DNA from: an uncultured Synergistales bacterium | GTDB taxonomy: Bacteria > Synergistota > Synergistia > Synergistales > Aminobacteriaceae | DNA length: 64,000 nt | Direction: 5' to 3' | NCBI GenBank assembly: GCA_905233215.1 | Contig: CAJODC010000002.1 | Coordinates: forward strand, 11,013 to 75,012 | Shown here: positions 1-8,279 of the stretch, piece by piece | Numbering within the stretch: position 1 is the stretch's first letter | How the letters are laid out: each line of letters opens with the position of its first letter | Notes under the pieces: generated by a model | Database searches by the model: none | The model's input: the letters and a program-made list of their open reading frames with translations, nothing else | What the model was told of the DNA's origin: nothing | Made by a program: the position numbers and the translations under genes

Positions 1-422
1 CAGTAACACAATTCATCTATGACATTCTCCACAGGGGCGAGATTAAACTTGTCGGAGGAGGTTCACAGCGAAGGAGCTTCACATGGATAGGCGATGGCAC
101 TGACGCTCTAATGTTGATACTGAAGAACTACAAAGGCCAAGCCGACAGTCAAATATTCAACATAGGCAATCCCAACAATAATTACTCAATCCGGGAGCTT
201 GCCGAAACGATTATTGACGTGATGAAAGAGTTTCCGAAGTTCCGCGAAAAGGCCGAGACTGTCAAACTCAAGACAATATCGCCCGAAAATTATTACTCAG
301 ACGGTTACGATGACACGAAGAACCGCAGACCCTCAATCGAAAAGATAAGCCAGCTCGGCTGGAATCCTCAAGTAAGTCTCCGTGATGCCGTGAGAATGAC
401 TCTCGAAGCCTATCATGAATAG
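1..422 (+). CDS. ArnA C-terminal-domain-like UDP-glucuronate decarboxylase (extended SDR); 5' end lies outside the window
   Basis: Frame 3 is open from base 3: VTQFIYDILHRGEIKLVGGGSQRRSFTWIGDG..QIFNIGNP..YYSDGYDDTKNRRPSIEKISQLGWNP. This parallels the recalled E. coli ArnA decarboxylase domain (KLIDGGKQKRCFT..IINIGNP..YYGKGYQDVEHRKPSI). The stop overlaps the arnT start. Confidence 0.75.
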   Translation, partial: VTQFIYDILHRGEIKLVGGGSQRRSFTWIGDGTDALMLILKNYKGQADSQIFNIGNPNNNYSIRELAETIIDVMKEFPKFREKAETVKLKTISPENYYSDGYDDTKNRRPSIEKISQLGWNPQVSLRDAVRMTLEAYHE

Positions 423-2016
423 GAACAAGATACTCGCTCTCTGCGCTGTACTTGCTGTATTCGTTTACTTTTGGGGACTTGGGGATTACGGCTTCATTGA
501 TCCTGATGAAGGGCGTTACTCCGAGATTCCCCGTGAGATGATTGAGACTGGCGACTTCATTACGCCGAGATTGAATTATGTTTTGTACTTCGAGAAACCT
601 CCCCTGCATTACTGGCTCACTGCCGGGGCGTTTCTTGCCTTTGGTGAAAATGAATTTGCAGGTAGATTAACGCCTGTTCTCGCCGGGTTAGGCTGCTGTG
701 TTCTGGCTTTCATTGCTGCGAAAAAAATCACTCGCTCTCTCTACGCTGCTTCACTGTCGGCAATCATGTTAGCGTCATCGGTCTTGTGGTTCGGAACGTC
801 AAGAATCAATCTCACCGACATGACATTGACGTTTTTCTTCACCGCCTCAATGGTCAGCTATTACTTCTGGAACGTCAACGGCAAAAAGTCATCGCTCCTT
901 CTGTTTTATGCGTTCATGGCTCTTTCTGTCCTCACTAAGGGTTTAATCGGTGTCGTTCTGCCGGGCGGAGTCGCTTTAATCCACCTGATTTTCGCCAAAC
1001 AGTACAGGAAGATTCCCACGCTCTTTTCACCGTCAGCAATAATATTATTCTTTGTCATAGTCTCGCCGTATTTCATCGAAGTCTGCCGCCGGAATCCTGA
1101 CTACTTCGAGTTCTTTTTCATCAGAGAACATTTCCTGAGATACACAACGACAATTCACGAACGCTACGAGCCTTTCTGGTTTTTCGTGCCGATAATCATC
1201 GCAGGCTTTGTCCCTTGGACGGGGATTTTGTTTGACTCAGTCAGAGCCGTTTTCGGGAAATGCAGACTCATCGGGAGCGATGACGGAAAATTTTTGGGAC
1301 TCTGGTTTTTGTTACCGTTCGTGTTTTTCTCGGCTTCAGGCTCAAAGCTCATCACATACATTCTGCCCTGCATGATTCCTTTATCGATTCTTTCGGGCGC
1401 GTCAATGTCAGTTCTTGAGGGGAAAGAATTTCGGCGTTTCATCGTATTGACATCGGCTGTAATTCTTCCTGTCGCTGCAGCTGGATTGACAGTTACGTTT
1501 TTTGTTGACAGTCCAGATGTCGCTGCAATGTCGAAGCCTGCAATATGTCTTTCAATTTCGCTGATGTTGTTCTGGCTGTTGTCGATTTTCGCCGGAAAGA
1601 GCAAAATCATTCCGTCCCTTCTCTGTGTAACGGCACTGATCGCAATGTTCTCAGCATCGGGAGCGTTTGAGGTTGAAGGCCGTTTGTTGTCTCGCAAGGA
1701 TTCGACAGCTCTTTTGCCTGATGATGCTGATGACGTTGTTGTCTACGAAAATCTGATGCAGGGCGTGAGCTGGTACACCAAGAGGCGCACAATATCCGCC
1801 AACGTTCTGAATGAACTTGAGTTCGGAGCAAAGCACGAGACCGAACCGGGCTGGTTCATTTCGAGCGCAGACCTTCGAGTCTTGTGGAACTCAGGACGGA
1901 AAGTCGCCGTGTTCATTCGGGATAAAGATGATGACTTAGGAGTTCGTGAGGCTGTCGGCACTGCTCCTGTTCGTGAGTGGTCAACAAGTGCAGATATTGT
2001 CATGTTGAATTTCTGA
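415..2016 (+). CDS. arnT: 4-amino-4-deoxy-L-arabinose (undecaprenyl phosphate-sugar) lipid A transferase, GT83/GT39 ArnT family
   Basis: 533 aa polytopic membrane protein. DPDEGRYSEIPREM..YFEKPPLHYW, TKGLIGVVLPG, EPFWFFVPIIIAGFVPW and KLITYILPC match recalled E. coli ArnT blocks (PDETRYAEISREM..YFEKPIAGYW, TKGFLALAVP, APFWYYVPVIIAGSLPW, KLPTYILSC). Confidence 0.8.
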   Translation: MNRNKILALCAVLAVFVYFWGLGDYGFIDPDEGRYSEIPREMIETGDFITPRLNYVLYFEKPPLHYWLTAGAFLAFGENEFAGRLTPVLAGLGCCVLAFIAAKKITRSLYAASLSAIMLASSVLWFGTSRINLTDMTLTFFFTASMVSYYFWNVNGKKSSLLLFYAFMALSVLTKGLIGVVLPGGVALIHLIFAKQYRKIPTLFSPSAIILFFVIVSPYFIEVCRRNPDYFEFFFIREHFLRYTTTIHERYEPFWFFVPIIIAGFVPWTGILFDSVRAVFGKCRLIGSDDGKFLGLWFLLPFVFFSASGSKLITYILPCMIPLSILSGASMSVLEGKEFRRFIVLTSAVILPVAAAGLTVTFFVDSPDVAAMSKPAICLSISLMLFWLLSIFAGKSKIIPSLLCVTALIAMFSASGAFEVEGRLLSRKDSTALLPDDADDVVVYENLMQGVSWYTKRRTISANVLNELEFGAKHETEPGWFISSADLRVLWNSGRKVAVFIRDKDDDLGVREAVGTAPVREWSTSADIVMLNF

Positions 2017-2881
2017 GCGTGTATTCCCATCTGTCGAGAAGCCAAAGCCATTGATGCGGTCTCTTTGTGATGAAGCGTTCAATCTTTTCGTTACACATTC
2101 TGATGCTCTCGTTCATGTCCTCGCCGAACGGTCTGCCGTTCCTGTCGCATTCATCGCTGAATATTCCGTGAAAGTTTATGTGATGATGTGAAGGGTCGTT
2201 TTCGTCCCTCCAGTATTCGGCGTGAATGACGGGGCATTGAAATTTTCTGTATAACTTCACGATGCCGTCATGAGTCCTCGCTGGAAGTCCCAAAAATTCA
2301 GAGGGCAGACCTTCCTTTCTTGCGTCAAGATCCTGCATAACAACGAGAATTTCACCGGCTCTCAAGACTCTGAAGACCTCACGTAGTCCAGTGTCGCTGT
2401 CAATCATTGACATTCTCGAAGTGTCCTGACGTGTTGACATGATGACCGCTTCAACGGCTCTGTCTCTTTGCGGAGTGTATATGGCGTGAAGCCTGAAGCC
2501 CTCGTGAATGACTCTGGCTGCTGCGTATTCCCAGTTGGCGAAATGCTGTGTCATCAAAATAGCTCCTCTTCCTCTTGACAGTGCCGAGCGCAAAATTTCA
2601 ACGCTCTCTTGGGGGAAGTCAACAAGTTCGTCAATGCGTGAGATAACTTTCGGGAGACGTATAAATTCTGCTGCTGACATTCCGAGATTCTCGAAAGATT
2701 TTTTGATGACTGAACGTGAGAGAGTAACACCGAATCCAAGTGAAGACACACAGCGAGACTCGCATCGGTTGACTTTTTCCCACAGCAGAAGACGAAGAAC
2801 ACGCCCCGCGAATCTCCCGAAGGCAAGGGCGAAACGATGAGGCATTAGGCGTATAAGTTTAACAAGAAAATTCAAAATCAA
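2000..2881 (-). CDS. Lipid A biosynthesis lauroyl/myristoyl acyltransferase family protein (LpxL/HtrB-like)
   Basis: 293 aa with an N-terminal hydrophobic anchor and an HFANWE acyltransferase (HX4D/E-type) motif. TTG start has a GGAGGTGA RBS. The 3' end overlaps arnT convergently by 17 nt. Confidence 0.7.
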   Translation of the reverse strand: MILNFLVKLIRLMPHRFALAFGRFAGRVLRLLLWEKVNRCESRCVSSLGFGVTLSRSVIKKSFENLGMSAAEFIRLPKVISRIDELVDFPQESVEILRSALSRGRGAILMTQHFANWEYAAARVIHEGFRLHAIYTPQRDRAVEAVIMSTRQDTSRMSMIDSDTGLREVFRVLRAGEILVVMQDLDARKEGLPSEFLGLPARTHDGIVKLYRKFQCPVIHAEYWRDENDPSHHHINFHGIFSDECDRNGRPFGEDMNESIRMCNEKIERFITKRPHQWLWLLDRWEYTLRNST

Positions 2882-2956
2882 TTCACCTCCCGAAAAAATT
2901 TCTGCGTATATTATAATTGCTAACTTTGAGAAATCTTGTTAAACTGACCAATTATT

Positions 2957-4147
2957 ATGGAGCAGGATTTGTTTGAATGGCTTAATTCTAAACGTGTTGA
3001 AGATAACGGGACAAGTTTACTTCTTGCCCCTCTTAGTGTTACACAAAATGAGACTGTCGACACAAAAGCAAGCGATGAAGTTTTTGTCGATGATGCTGAA
3101 ACGTTAGAGGCTGAAGAAATTTCTATTGATGTTCCGAACGAAGAGGACGAAGAAATTTCTGTTGACACTTCGGAAACAATCCCCGAAACTTTGGTTGACA
3201 ATCCAGAACCGCCAGCACCAGAAACAAAAGAGACAGTCAACGAGATTCAAGAGCGTCAGCAAACTGAGAATGAAAGCCCTGAACCTGTCAATGAAGATCA
3301 TGAATGGCAGGAACGAGCGACAGGTTTCACATTGAGTCTTGATGAGCCTCCGCCGGAATTGTGGACTAACATAAACAATGACGATGAAGAACCCGGTTAC
3401 GAGGAGACCGACAGCCTTCAGGGGGCTGCATACGTTCAGATACACGGTCGGAACTTCACCGAGCGTCTACACAACGCCATGAAGCACCGCAAGGAACGCG
3501 CTAAACTTGAGGAGCCTCATAACACTATAGACCTTTCACGAATTTACGTTCAGAAGACTATCATATATTGCGCCACGCTTCTGATGACTCTGGGATTCGC
3601 ATTGCTTGCTCTGTGGTTCATATGGCGAGAGACTCCCGAAGGAATGAAATCGAGAGCGTTATCTCTTGAGAGTCGCGGAAAGTTTGACGAAGCCTCAGCG
3701 ATATATCAGAGGGCATACAGACGTTACCCGAAAGACACGGAATTTCTCGCTGAACTTTCAACAACATCAGAGAAGGCTGGCCATGTTCAGACAGCAAAGA
3801 CAGCTCATGAAGAGTACGTGAGGATTACTTCAACAGATAGTGAGGTGAAGACAGTTCCTCTTGAGACAAAACCTGTTCCGCCCGTCAAAAAAATGACGTT
3901 CACGGATTATCTTAACGAGGCCAATCACGCCTACAATATAGGAATGTACAACCGCTCAGTAAAATACTTCTTCCGCGCCCACGAGGCAAGACCTGATGAC
4001 ATAAGACCGTATATCGGAGTGTCGAACGCTTACAGAATGAAGGGTATGTACTTCGACAGCAGACGCATACTTGACGAGGCTCGAATCAAATTCGGGAGAA
4101 ATCCTGATATTGAAACGGGCTATATATTTTTGAGGGAGGCAAAATAA
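2957..4147 (+). CDS. Membrane-anchored TPR-repeat protein with a highly acidic N-terminal region
   Basis: 396 aa. It has an E/D/P/T-rich N-terminus (EEISIDVPNEEDEEISVDTSETIPE..), one TM segment (IIYCATLLMTLGFALLALWFIW) and a C-terminal TPR-like region (AYRRYPKDTEFL.., AYNIGMYNRSVKYFFRAHEARPDD..). Confidence 0.55.
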   Translation: MEQDLFEWLNSKRVEDNGTSLLLAPLSVTQNETVDTKASDEVFVDDAETLEAEEISIDVPNEEDEEISVDTSETIPETLVDNPEPPAPETKETVNEIQERQQTENESPEPVNEDHEWQERATGFTLSLDEPPPELWTNINNDDEEPGYEETDSLQGAAYVQIHGRNFTERLHNAMKHRKERAKLEEPHNTIDLSRIYVQKTIIYCATLLMTLGFALLALWFIWRETPEGMKSRALSLESRGKFDEASAIYQRAYRRYPKDTEFLAELSTTSEKAGHVQTAKTAHEEYVRITSTDSEVKTVPLETKPVPPVKKMTFTDYLNEANHAYNIGMYNRSVKYFFRAHEARPDDIRPYIGVSNAYRMKGMYFDSRRILDEARIKFGRNPDIETGYIFLREAK

Positions 4148-4149
4148 TT

Positions 4150-4797
4150 ATGGTACACGAGAATGTAATACGAGCAAACGAGATCATCGGCAATGACGCA
4201 GTGAAGGCATTACAGCGCAGAGGCTTCGAGGCCGAATACGTCCCAACAGGCGAAGAGGCATTGAAACGAGTCCTCGAAATCATACCGGCTGATGCTACTG
4301 TAGGCATTCCCGGCACAATAACAGTGAGGGACATCGGCGCACTTGACGCACTCAGGGAACGAGGCAACACAGTCTTTCAGCACTGGGGCAAAATGTCCAA
4401 CGAGGAACGAAGAGCCGCTCGCTTCCGTGAGAATACAGCCGATGTATTCCTGACCAGCGCGAACGCATTAACCCGTGACGGACGTATCATCAACATTGAC
4501 GGAACAGGCAACAGAGTCGCCGGAATGGCTTGGGGGAATGGGCTTGTGCTTTTCGTGATAGGCATCAACAAACTTGCTTTTGACCTTGAAGACGGCATAA
4601 AGCGCGCGAAGTCAGCGACAATTCCCAACGCTATCCGTCAGAACGTTGAGACAGCCTGCGTAAAGGCAGGGCATTGCGTGAACTGTTCGGCAAGAGGCGA
4701 TGAAGACTCGATGTGCCGGGCAATACTGATACTTGACGAGGCCGTGAAGGGCAGAAAGTATCATGTAATCATAGTAGGAGAGGACTTAGGCTACTAA
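4150..4797 (+). CDS. LUD-domain (lactate utilization LutC/YkgG-like) protein
   Basis: 215 aa starting 3 nt after the TPR gene. General LUD/YkgG-like pattern (TVGIPGTITVRDIG.., FLTSANALTRDGRIINIDGTGNRV) with a C-terminal Cys cluster (HCVNCS..MC). Assignment is from recalled family features only. Confidence 0.5.
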   Translation: MVHENVIRANEIIGNDAVKALQRRGFEAEYVPTGEEALKRVLEIIPADATVGIPGTITVRDIGALDALRERGNTVFQHWGKMSNEERRAARFRENTADVFLTSANALTRDGRIINIDGTGNRVAGMAWGNGLVLFVIGINKLAFDLEDGIKRAKSATIPNAIRQNVETACVKAGHCVNCSARGDEDSMCRAILILDEAVKGRKYHVIIVGEDLGY

Positions 4798-4807
4798 AAA
4801 CGAAACG

Positions 4808-4839
4808 CCCTCCTGAGACAATCGGGAGGGATTTTATTT
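4808..4839 (+). terminator. Rho-independent terminator after the LUD-domain gene
   Basis: Stem CCCTCC (4808-4813) / GGAGGG (4825-4830) is followed by ATTTTATTT. Confidence 0.6.
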
Positions 4840-4854
4840 GAGGAGAATAATAAT

Positions 4855-5841
4855 ATGGAGAACAGAGACAAAATTGTAGTGTTGCTTGCAGGAGGCAGGA
4901 TAGTTCAGAGACAGGACGGACAGGAATTAACGGAAGAAGAAATGTACGCTCTTTTGCCTGACGATGTGAAAAGTCATGTAACGTTCCAGAAATGGAGCTT
5001 TCAGCCGGTCAGCAATTATACGCTGAGAATGTGCAGTGAACTGATAGTCATGGCCAACTCATTCGTTCATGATGAGGGGGCGAGAGGTGTTGTTGTAACG
5101 TGCGGAATACCATTGCTTGCGGAACTGTCATATTTTGCCGACCTAGTTTGGAATCTCAATCCCCCATTGATTTTCACCGGCTCAATTTTCAGCGCAGGCA
5201 GTTCAGGCAGTGAGACAAGTACGAGATTAACGCAGTCGATCAGGGCGGCATTGTCGGGAGCCTGCACGGGCAAAGGGGCGTTAATCTGCATACAGGACTC
5301 AATCTACGCTCCTGCTGACGTTTTGAGAATCTCGAACTTCAACAGGGCTGGACTCTTAGCGTTCCCGGAGTCGCCTCTTGGTGTATTCAGTCAGCCTTCA
5401 GGGAGTTATATCTCGTTAAGATTTCCGAGACATCGCTACGTTCAGACGATGACCAAACCGCTGGCGAGGAACATTCCTATTTTGACGGCATCGCTCGGTG
5501 ACGCTGATATTCTGTTGAAGGCGTTGCTTGACAAAAGATTTGAGGAACTTGACGGCCTGATAATATCTGGACTTGGCGATGGCGATGTACCGTCATCATG
5601 GGTGCCGCTGCTGAAGAAGCTGTTGAAGGCGAACGTTCCAGTAGTGCTGACATCGAGATACCCTGACGGAATAGTTCAGGCAACGGAGAATTACGAGGGT
5701 AGCGCGTCCCAGCTTCTTGAGATCGGACTGATTAACGGGGGAATGCTCTCACCGTATCAGGCACGAATAAAGCTGGCGGTCGGAATGTCGGCAGGGCTTG
5801 AGGGCAATGCGCTTTCTGATTACATGATAAGCAGGCAGTAA
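4855..5841 (+). CDS. L-asparaginase-fold protein lacking the canonical catalytic threonines (probable pseudoenzyme or divergent function)
   Basis: 328 aa with overall asparaginase/glutaminase layout (GVVVTCG.., LIFTGS.., VVLTSRYPDG, GMLSPYQARIKL). The TGGTI motif is LAGGRI and HGTDT is CGIPL. Stop lies 3 nt before der. Confidence 0.6.
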   Translation: MENRDKIVVLLAGGRIVQRQDGQELTEEEMYALLPDDVKSHVTFQKWSFQPVSNYTLRMCSELIVMANSFVHDEGARGVVVTCGIPLLAELSYFADLVWNLNPPLIFTGSIFSAGSSGSETSTRLTQSIRAALSGACTGKGALICIQDSIYAPADVLRISNFNRAGLLAFPESPLGVFSQPSGSYISLRFPRHRYVQTMTKPLARNIPILTASLGDADILLKALLDKRFEELDGLIISGLGDGDVPSSWVPLLKKLLKANVPVVLTSRYPDGIVQATENYEGSASQLLEIGLINGGMLSPYQARIKLAVGMSAGLEGNALSDYMISRQ

Positions 5842-5843
5842 CT

Positions 5844-7166
5844 ATGGCAGGAATAATAGCACTGATAGGCCGTCCCAACACTGGAAAGTCATCACTGTTC
5901 AACAGGCTGACGGGAACGAAGGACTCAATCGTTGACGATATGCCCGGAGTAACAAGAGATAGATTATACGGAGAAGCCGAATATGAGGGACAGAATTTTT
6001 ATGTTGTTGACACTGGCGGAATTTTTGGGACTGACACGGAATTTTCAGCAGGAATAAGGGCGCATGTTGAGTCGGCTGTGAGGGAATGCGACGGGATAAT
6101 ATTTCTTGTTGACGGCCGAGAAGGGATTACGGGAGCTGACGAGGAAATAGCGGAGTTCATACGGCGTGGAGGCAATAAGCCCGTAATTGTTGCCGTGAAT
6201 AAACTTGATGACCCGAAACACGATGACCTTGCCAATGACGCTTATGTTTTGGGATTTGAACGAGTAATCCCGATAAGCGCATTGCACAAGAGGGGAATGT
6301 ATGAACTTCTTGACGCTGTGATTGAGATTCTTCCTGTCAGCAGTGAACATGATGATGTTATGGAAGACGATGAGATAAAACTTGTGATTGCCGGAAAACC
6401 TAACGTAGGGAAATCATCGCTCCTCAACAAGATAACGAACAGTGAACGCTCTCTAGTGAGTCCGATAGCCGGGACGACAAGAGACCCTGTAGACACGTCA
6501 GCAATAATTGACGGACAGAGATTCAGGATTGTTGACACGGCAGGACTAAGACGGCGGGCGAAATTTGACGGCGACTTGGAGTATTACTCGTATGTGAGGA
6601 CTCTGGCGGCGGTTGACAGGTCGGACGTTGCGATATTGATGATGGACGCTGGCGAACCCTGCACGGATCAGGACAAACGGATAGCCGGACATGTTGCGAA
6701 AAAGGGCAAGGGAATAGTTATAGTTGTCAACAAATGGGATTTAGTGAACGGTGAAAAGAAAGCTGATGAAATTACGAAGAAGATACGAGATGAGATGCCG
6801 TTTCTGAATTACGCGCCTGTTATATTTTCGTCAGCACTGAACGGAAGAGGAGTGCAGAAGATTCTACAGACAGCCGTAACAGTCAGCCAAAACAGGAAGA
6901 AGCATATTCCAACGAATCAGTTGAACAGGTTGATGAGGGACGTTTTAGCGTTTGACCGTCTGCCGTCTGACAGGAAGGGACGATCGTTGAAGGTGTATTA
7001 CTGTTCACAGGCTGAGGGCGAACCGCCGACGTTTATATTCTTCGTGAATAATCCTGAGCTTGTGAATGGTGGATTTGAGAATCATGTGAAGAATAAGATT
7101 CGTGAACTTGAGGATTTTACCGGGACACCGATTAGAACTTTTTGGAGAGGTAAGGAGAAAGAGTGA
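5844..7166 (+). CDS. der: Ribosome-associated GTPase Der (EngA), two tandem GTPase domains plus KH-like domain
   Basis: 440 aa with two P-loops (GRPNTGKSSLFN, GKPNVGKSSLLN), DTGG/DTAG and NKLD/NKWD motifs. Confidence 0.95.
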   Translation: MAGIIALIGRPNTGKSSLFNRLTGTKDSIVDDMPGVTRDRLYGEAEYEGQNFYVVDTGGIFGTDTEFSAGIRAHVESAVRECDGIIFLVDGREGITGADEEIAEFIRRGGNKPVIVAVNKLDDPKHDDLANDAYVLGFERVIPISALHKRGMYELLDAVIEILPVSSEHDDVMEDDEIKLVIAGKPNVGKSSLLNKITNSERSLVSPIAGTTRDPVDTSAIIDGQRFRIVDTAGLRRRAKFDGDLEYYSYVRTLAAVDRSDVAILMMDAGEPCTDQDKRIAGHVAKKGKGIVIVVNKWDLVNGEKKADEITKKIRDEMPFLNYAPVIFSSALNGRGVQKILQTAVTVSQNRKKHIPTNQLNRLMRDVLAFDRLPSDRKGRSLKVYYCSQAEGEPPTFIFFVNNPELVNGGFENHVKNKIRELEDFTGTPIRTFWRGKEKE

Positions 7167-7210
7167 TGAATGATGATGAGTTCTGAAACTATGCGAGATA
7201 GGAGCAGTAC

Positions 7211-7333
7211 GGTGCAGATGTCAATATTGAAAACGATATAGGCTGGACTGCTTTAACTGAGGCAATAGAGGGTGAGAGAGACAAAGAAACTATTGACATT
7301 CTCCGCCAACACGGAGCAGAGTGTTATTATTGA
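7211..7333 (+). pseudogene. Remnant of an ankyrin-repeat protein gene (C-terminal repeat only, no start codon)
   Basis: The frame opens just after a TAG at 7199-7201 and reads (EQY)GADVNIENDIGWTALTEAIEGERDKETIDILRQHGAECYY*. GADVN..G(W)TAL..A is the ankyrin repeat consensus. There is no ATG/GTG/TTG or RBS upstream in frame. Confidence 0.45.
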
Positions 7334-7354
7334 CCACGCAAGGAAGGTGATAAA

Positions 7355-8275
7355 TTGAGATACCCGGCTTTTGACGAGTCATTGATTCCGCCCTCTCAAC
7401 GATGGGAGAATCTGACTCTCGCAAACGATTTCATGTTCGGAAAAATTATGCGAGACCCTGAACTTTGCACGGAAATGATTCGCAGAATACTTCCAGACAT
7501 GGACATAGGCACAATTAAGTTCACGAACACGCAGAAATCCGAAAAGTTTTCACGTGACACAAGAGGAGTGCGCTTTGATGTCTACGCAAAATCGGATAAC
7601 CGAAAAATTTTTGACTGTGAAGTTCAGACGACTAACAAAAAGGATTTACCTCGCCGTTCGAGAGCGTATCAAACTGTGTTAGGGCTTGAGGCTCTGGAGG
7701 CTGAGACGCTCAAGAAGTCCGGAACTTATAACGATATGCCTGATGCTTACGTGATATTTTTGTGTACTTTTGACCCTTTCAATCTTGGCAGACACGTTTA
7801 TACTTTCAGCAATGTTTGCAGTGAGGAAAGTAATTTGAAACTTAATGACGGAGCTGTTACAGTATTCCTCAATGCGTGCGGAAAAGATAACGATGTTAGC
7901 GGTGAACTGAAAGCGTTTCTCGATTTCATGATGGGGAAAACCAGCACAGACCCATTTGTTAAGAGATTGGAGAAGTGTCTTGATGTGGCCAAGCAAAATG
8001 CGAAATGGAGGCTAAATTACATGATGTTGTTGTTACATGATTGGGAAACTAGAAGTGAAGCACACTTTGCCGGACTCGAAGAAGGACGTGCTGAGGGTCG
8101 TGCGGAAGGCCGTGCAGTCGGCATCAAGGAAGGACGTGCTGTTGGCATCAAAGAAGGTCGTACTGAGGGAAGCCAAGAGACTCTAAACACAGCAATAGAG
8201 TTCATGAAGTCTCAAGGAATGAGCGAAGAGCAGATAAACGGCCTCAGAAATGCGGTCTTGAACTCTCAGCGGTGA
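7355..8275 (+). CDS. Rpn-family recombination-promoting nuclease / PD-(D/E)XK putative transposase-like protein
   Basis: 306 aa with a TTG start and GGAAGG RBS. N-terminal NDFMFGKIMRDPELCTEMIRRILP and RFDVYA..IFDCEVQ (D..E.Q/K nuclease core). The C-terminal EGRAEGRAEGRAVGIKEGRAVGIKEGRTEG repeat is typical of this family. Confidence 0.75.
   Translation: MRYPAFDESLIPPSQRWENLTLANDFMFGKIMRDPELCTEMIRRILPDMDIGTIKFTNTQKSEKFSRDTRGVRFDVYAKSDNRKIFDCEVQTTNKKDLPRRSRAYQTVLGLEALEAETLKKSGTYNDMPDAYVIFLCTFDPFNLGRHVYTFSNVCSEESNLKLNDGAVTVFLNACGKDNDVSGELKAFLDFMMGKTSTDPFVKRLEKCLDVAKQNAKWRLNYMMLLLHDWETRSEAHFAGLEEGRAEGRAEGRAVGIKEGRAVGIKEGRTEGSQETLNTAIEFMKSQGMSEEQINGLRNAVLNSQR
8081..8170 (+). repeat. Intragenic short tandem repeat (GAAGGNCGTGCN-type units) encoding the (EGRA)n/(VGIKEGRA)n tail of the Rpn-like protein
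   Basis: GAAGGACGTGCT recurs at 8081 and 8129. GAAGGACGTGCTGTTGGCATCAAA is nearly duplicated from the preceding unit. Confidence 0.6.
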
Positions 8276-8279
8276 AATC

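Noticed and set aside
1164-1697. 177-aa minus-strand ORF
   Set aside because: It is antisense to the arnT-like gene and has no independent support.
7355-8275. Rpn/PD-(D/E)XK transposase-like gene as an active insertion sequence
   Set aside because: I saw no terminal inverted repeats or flanking direct repeats. The gene is packed 4 nt from nfeD. Rpn-family genes are usually domesticated single genes rather than mobile IS units.
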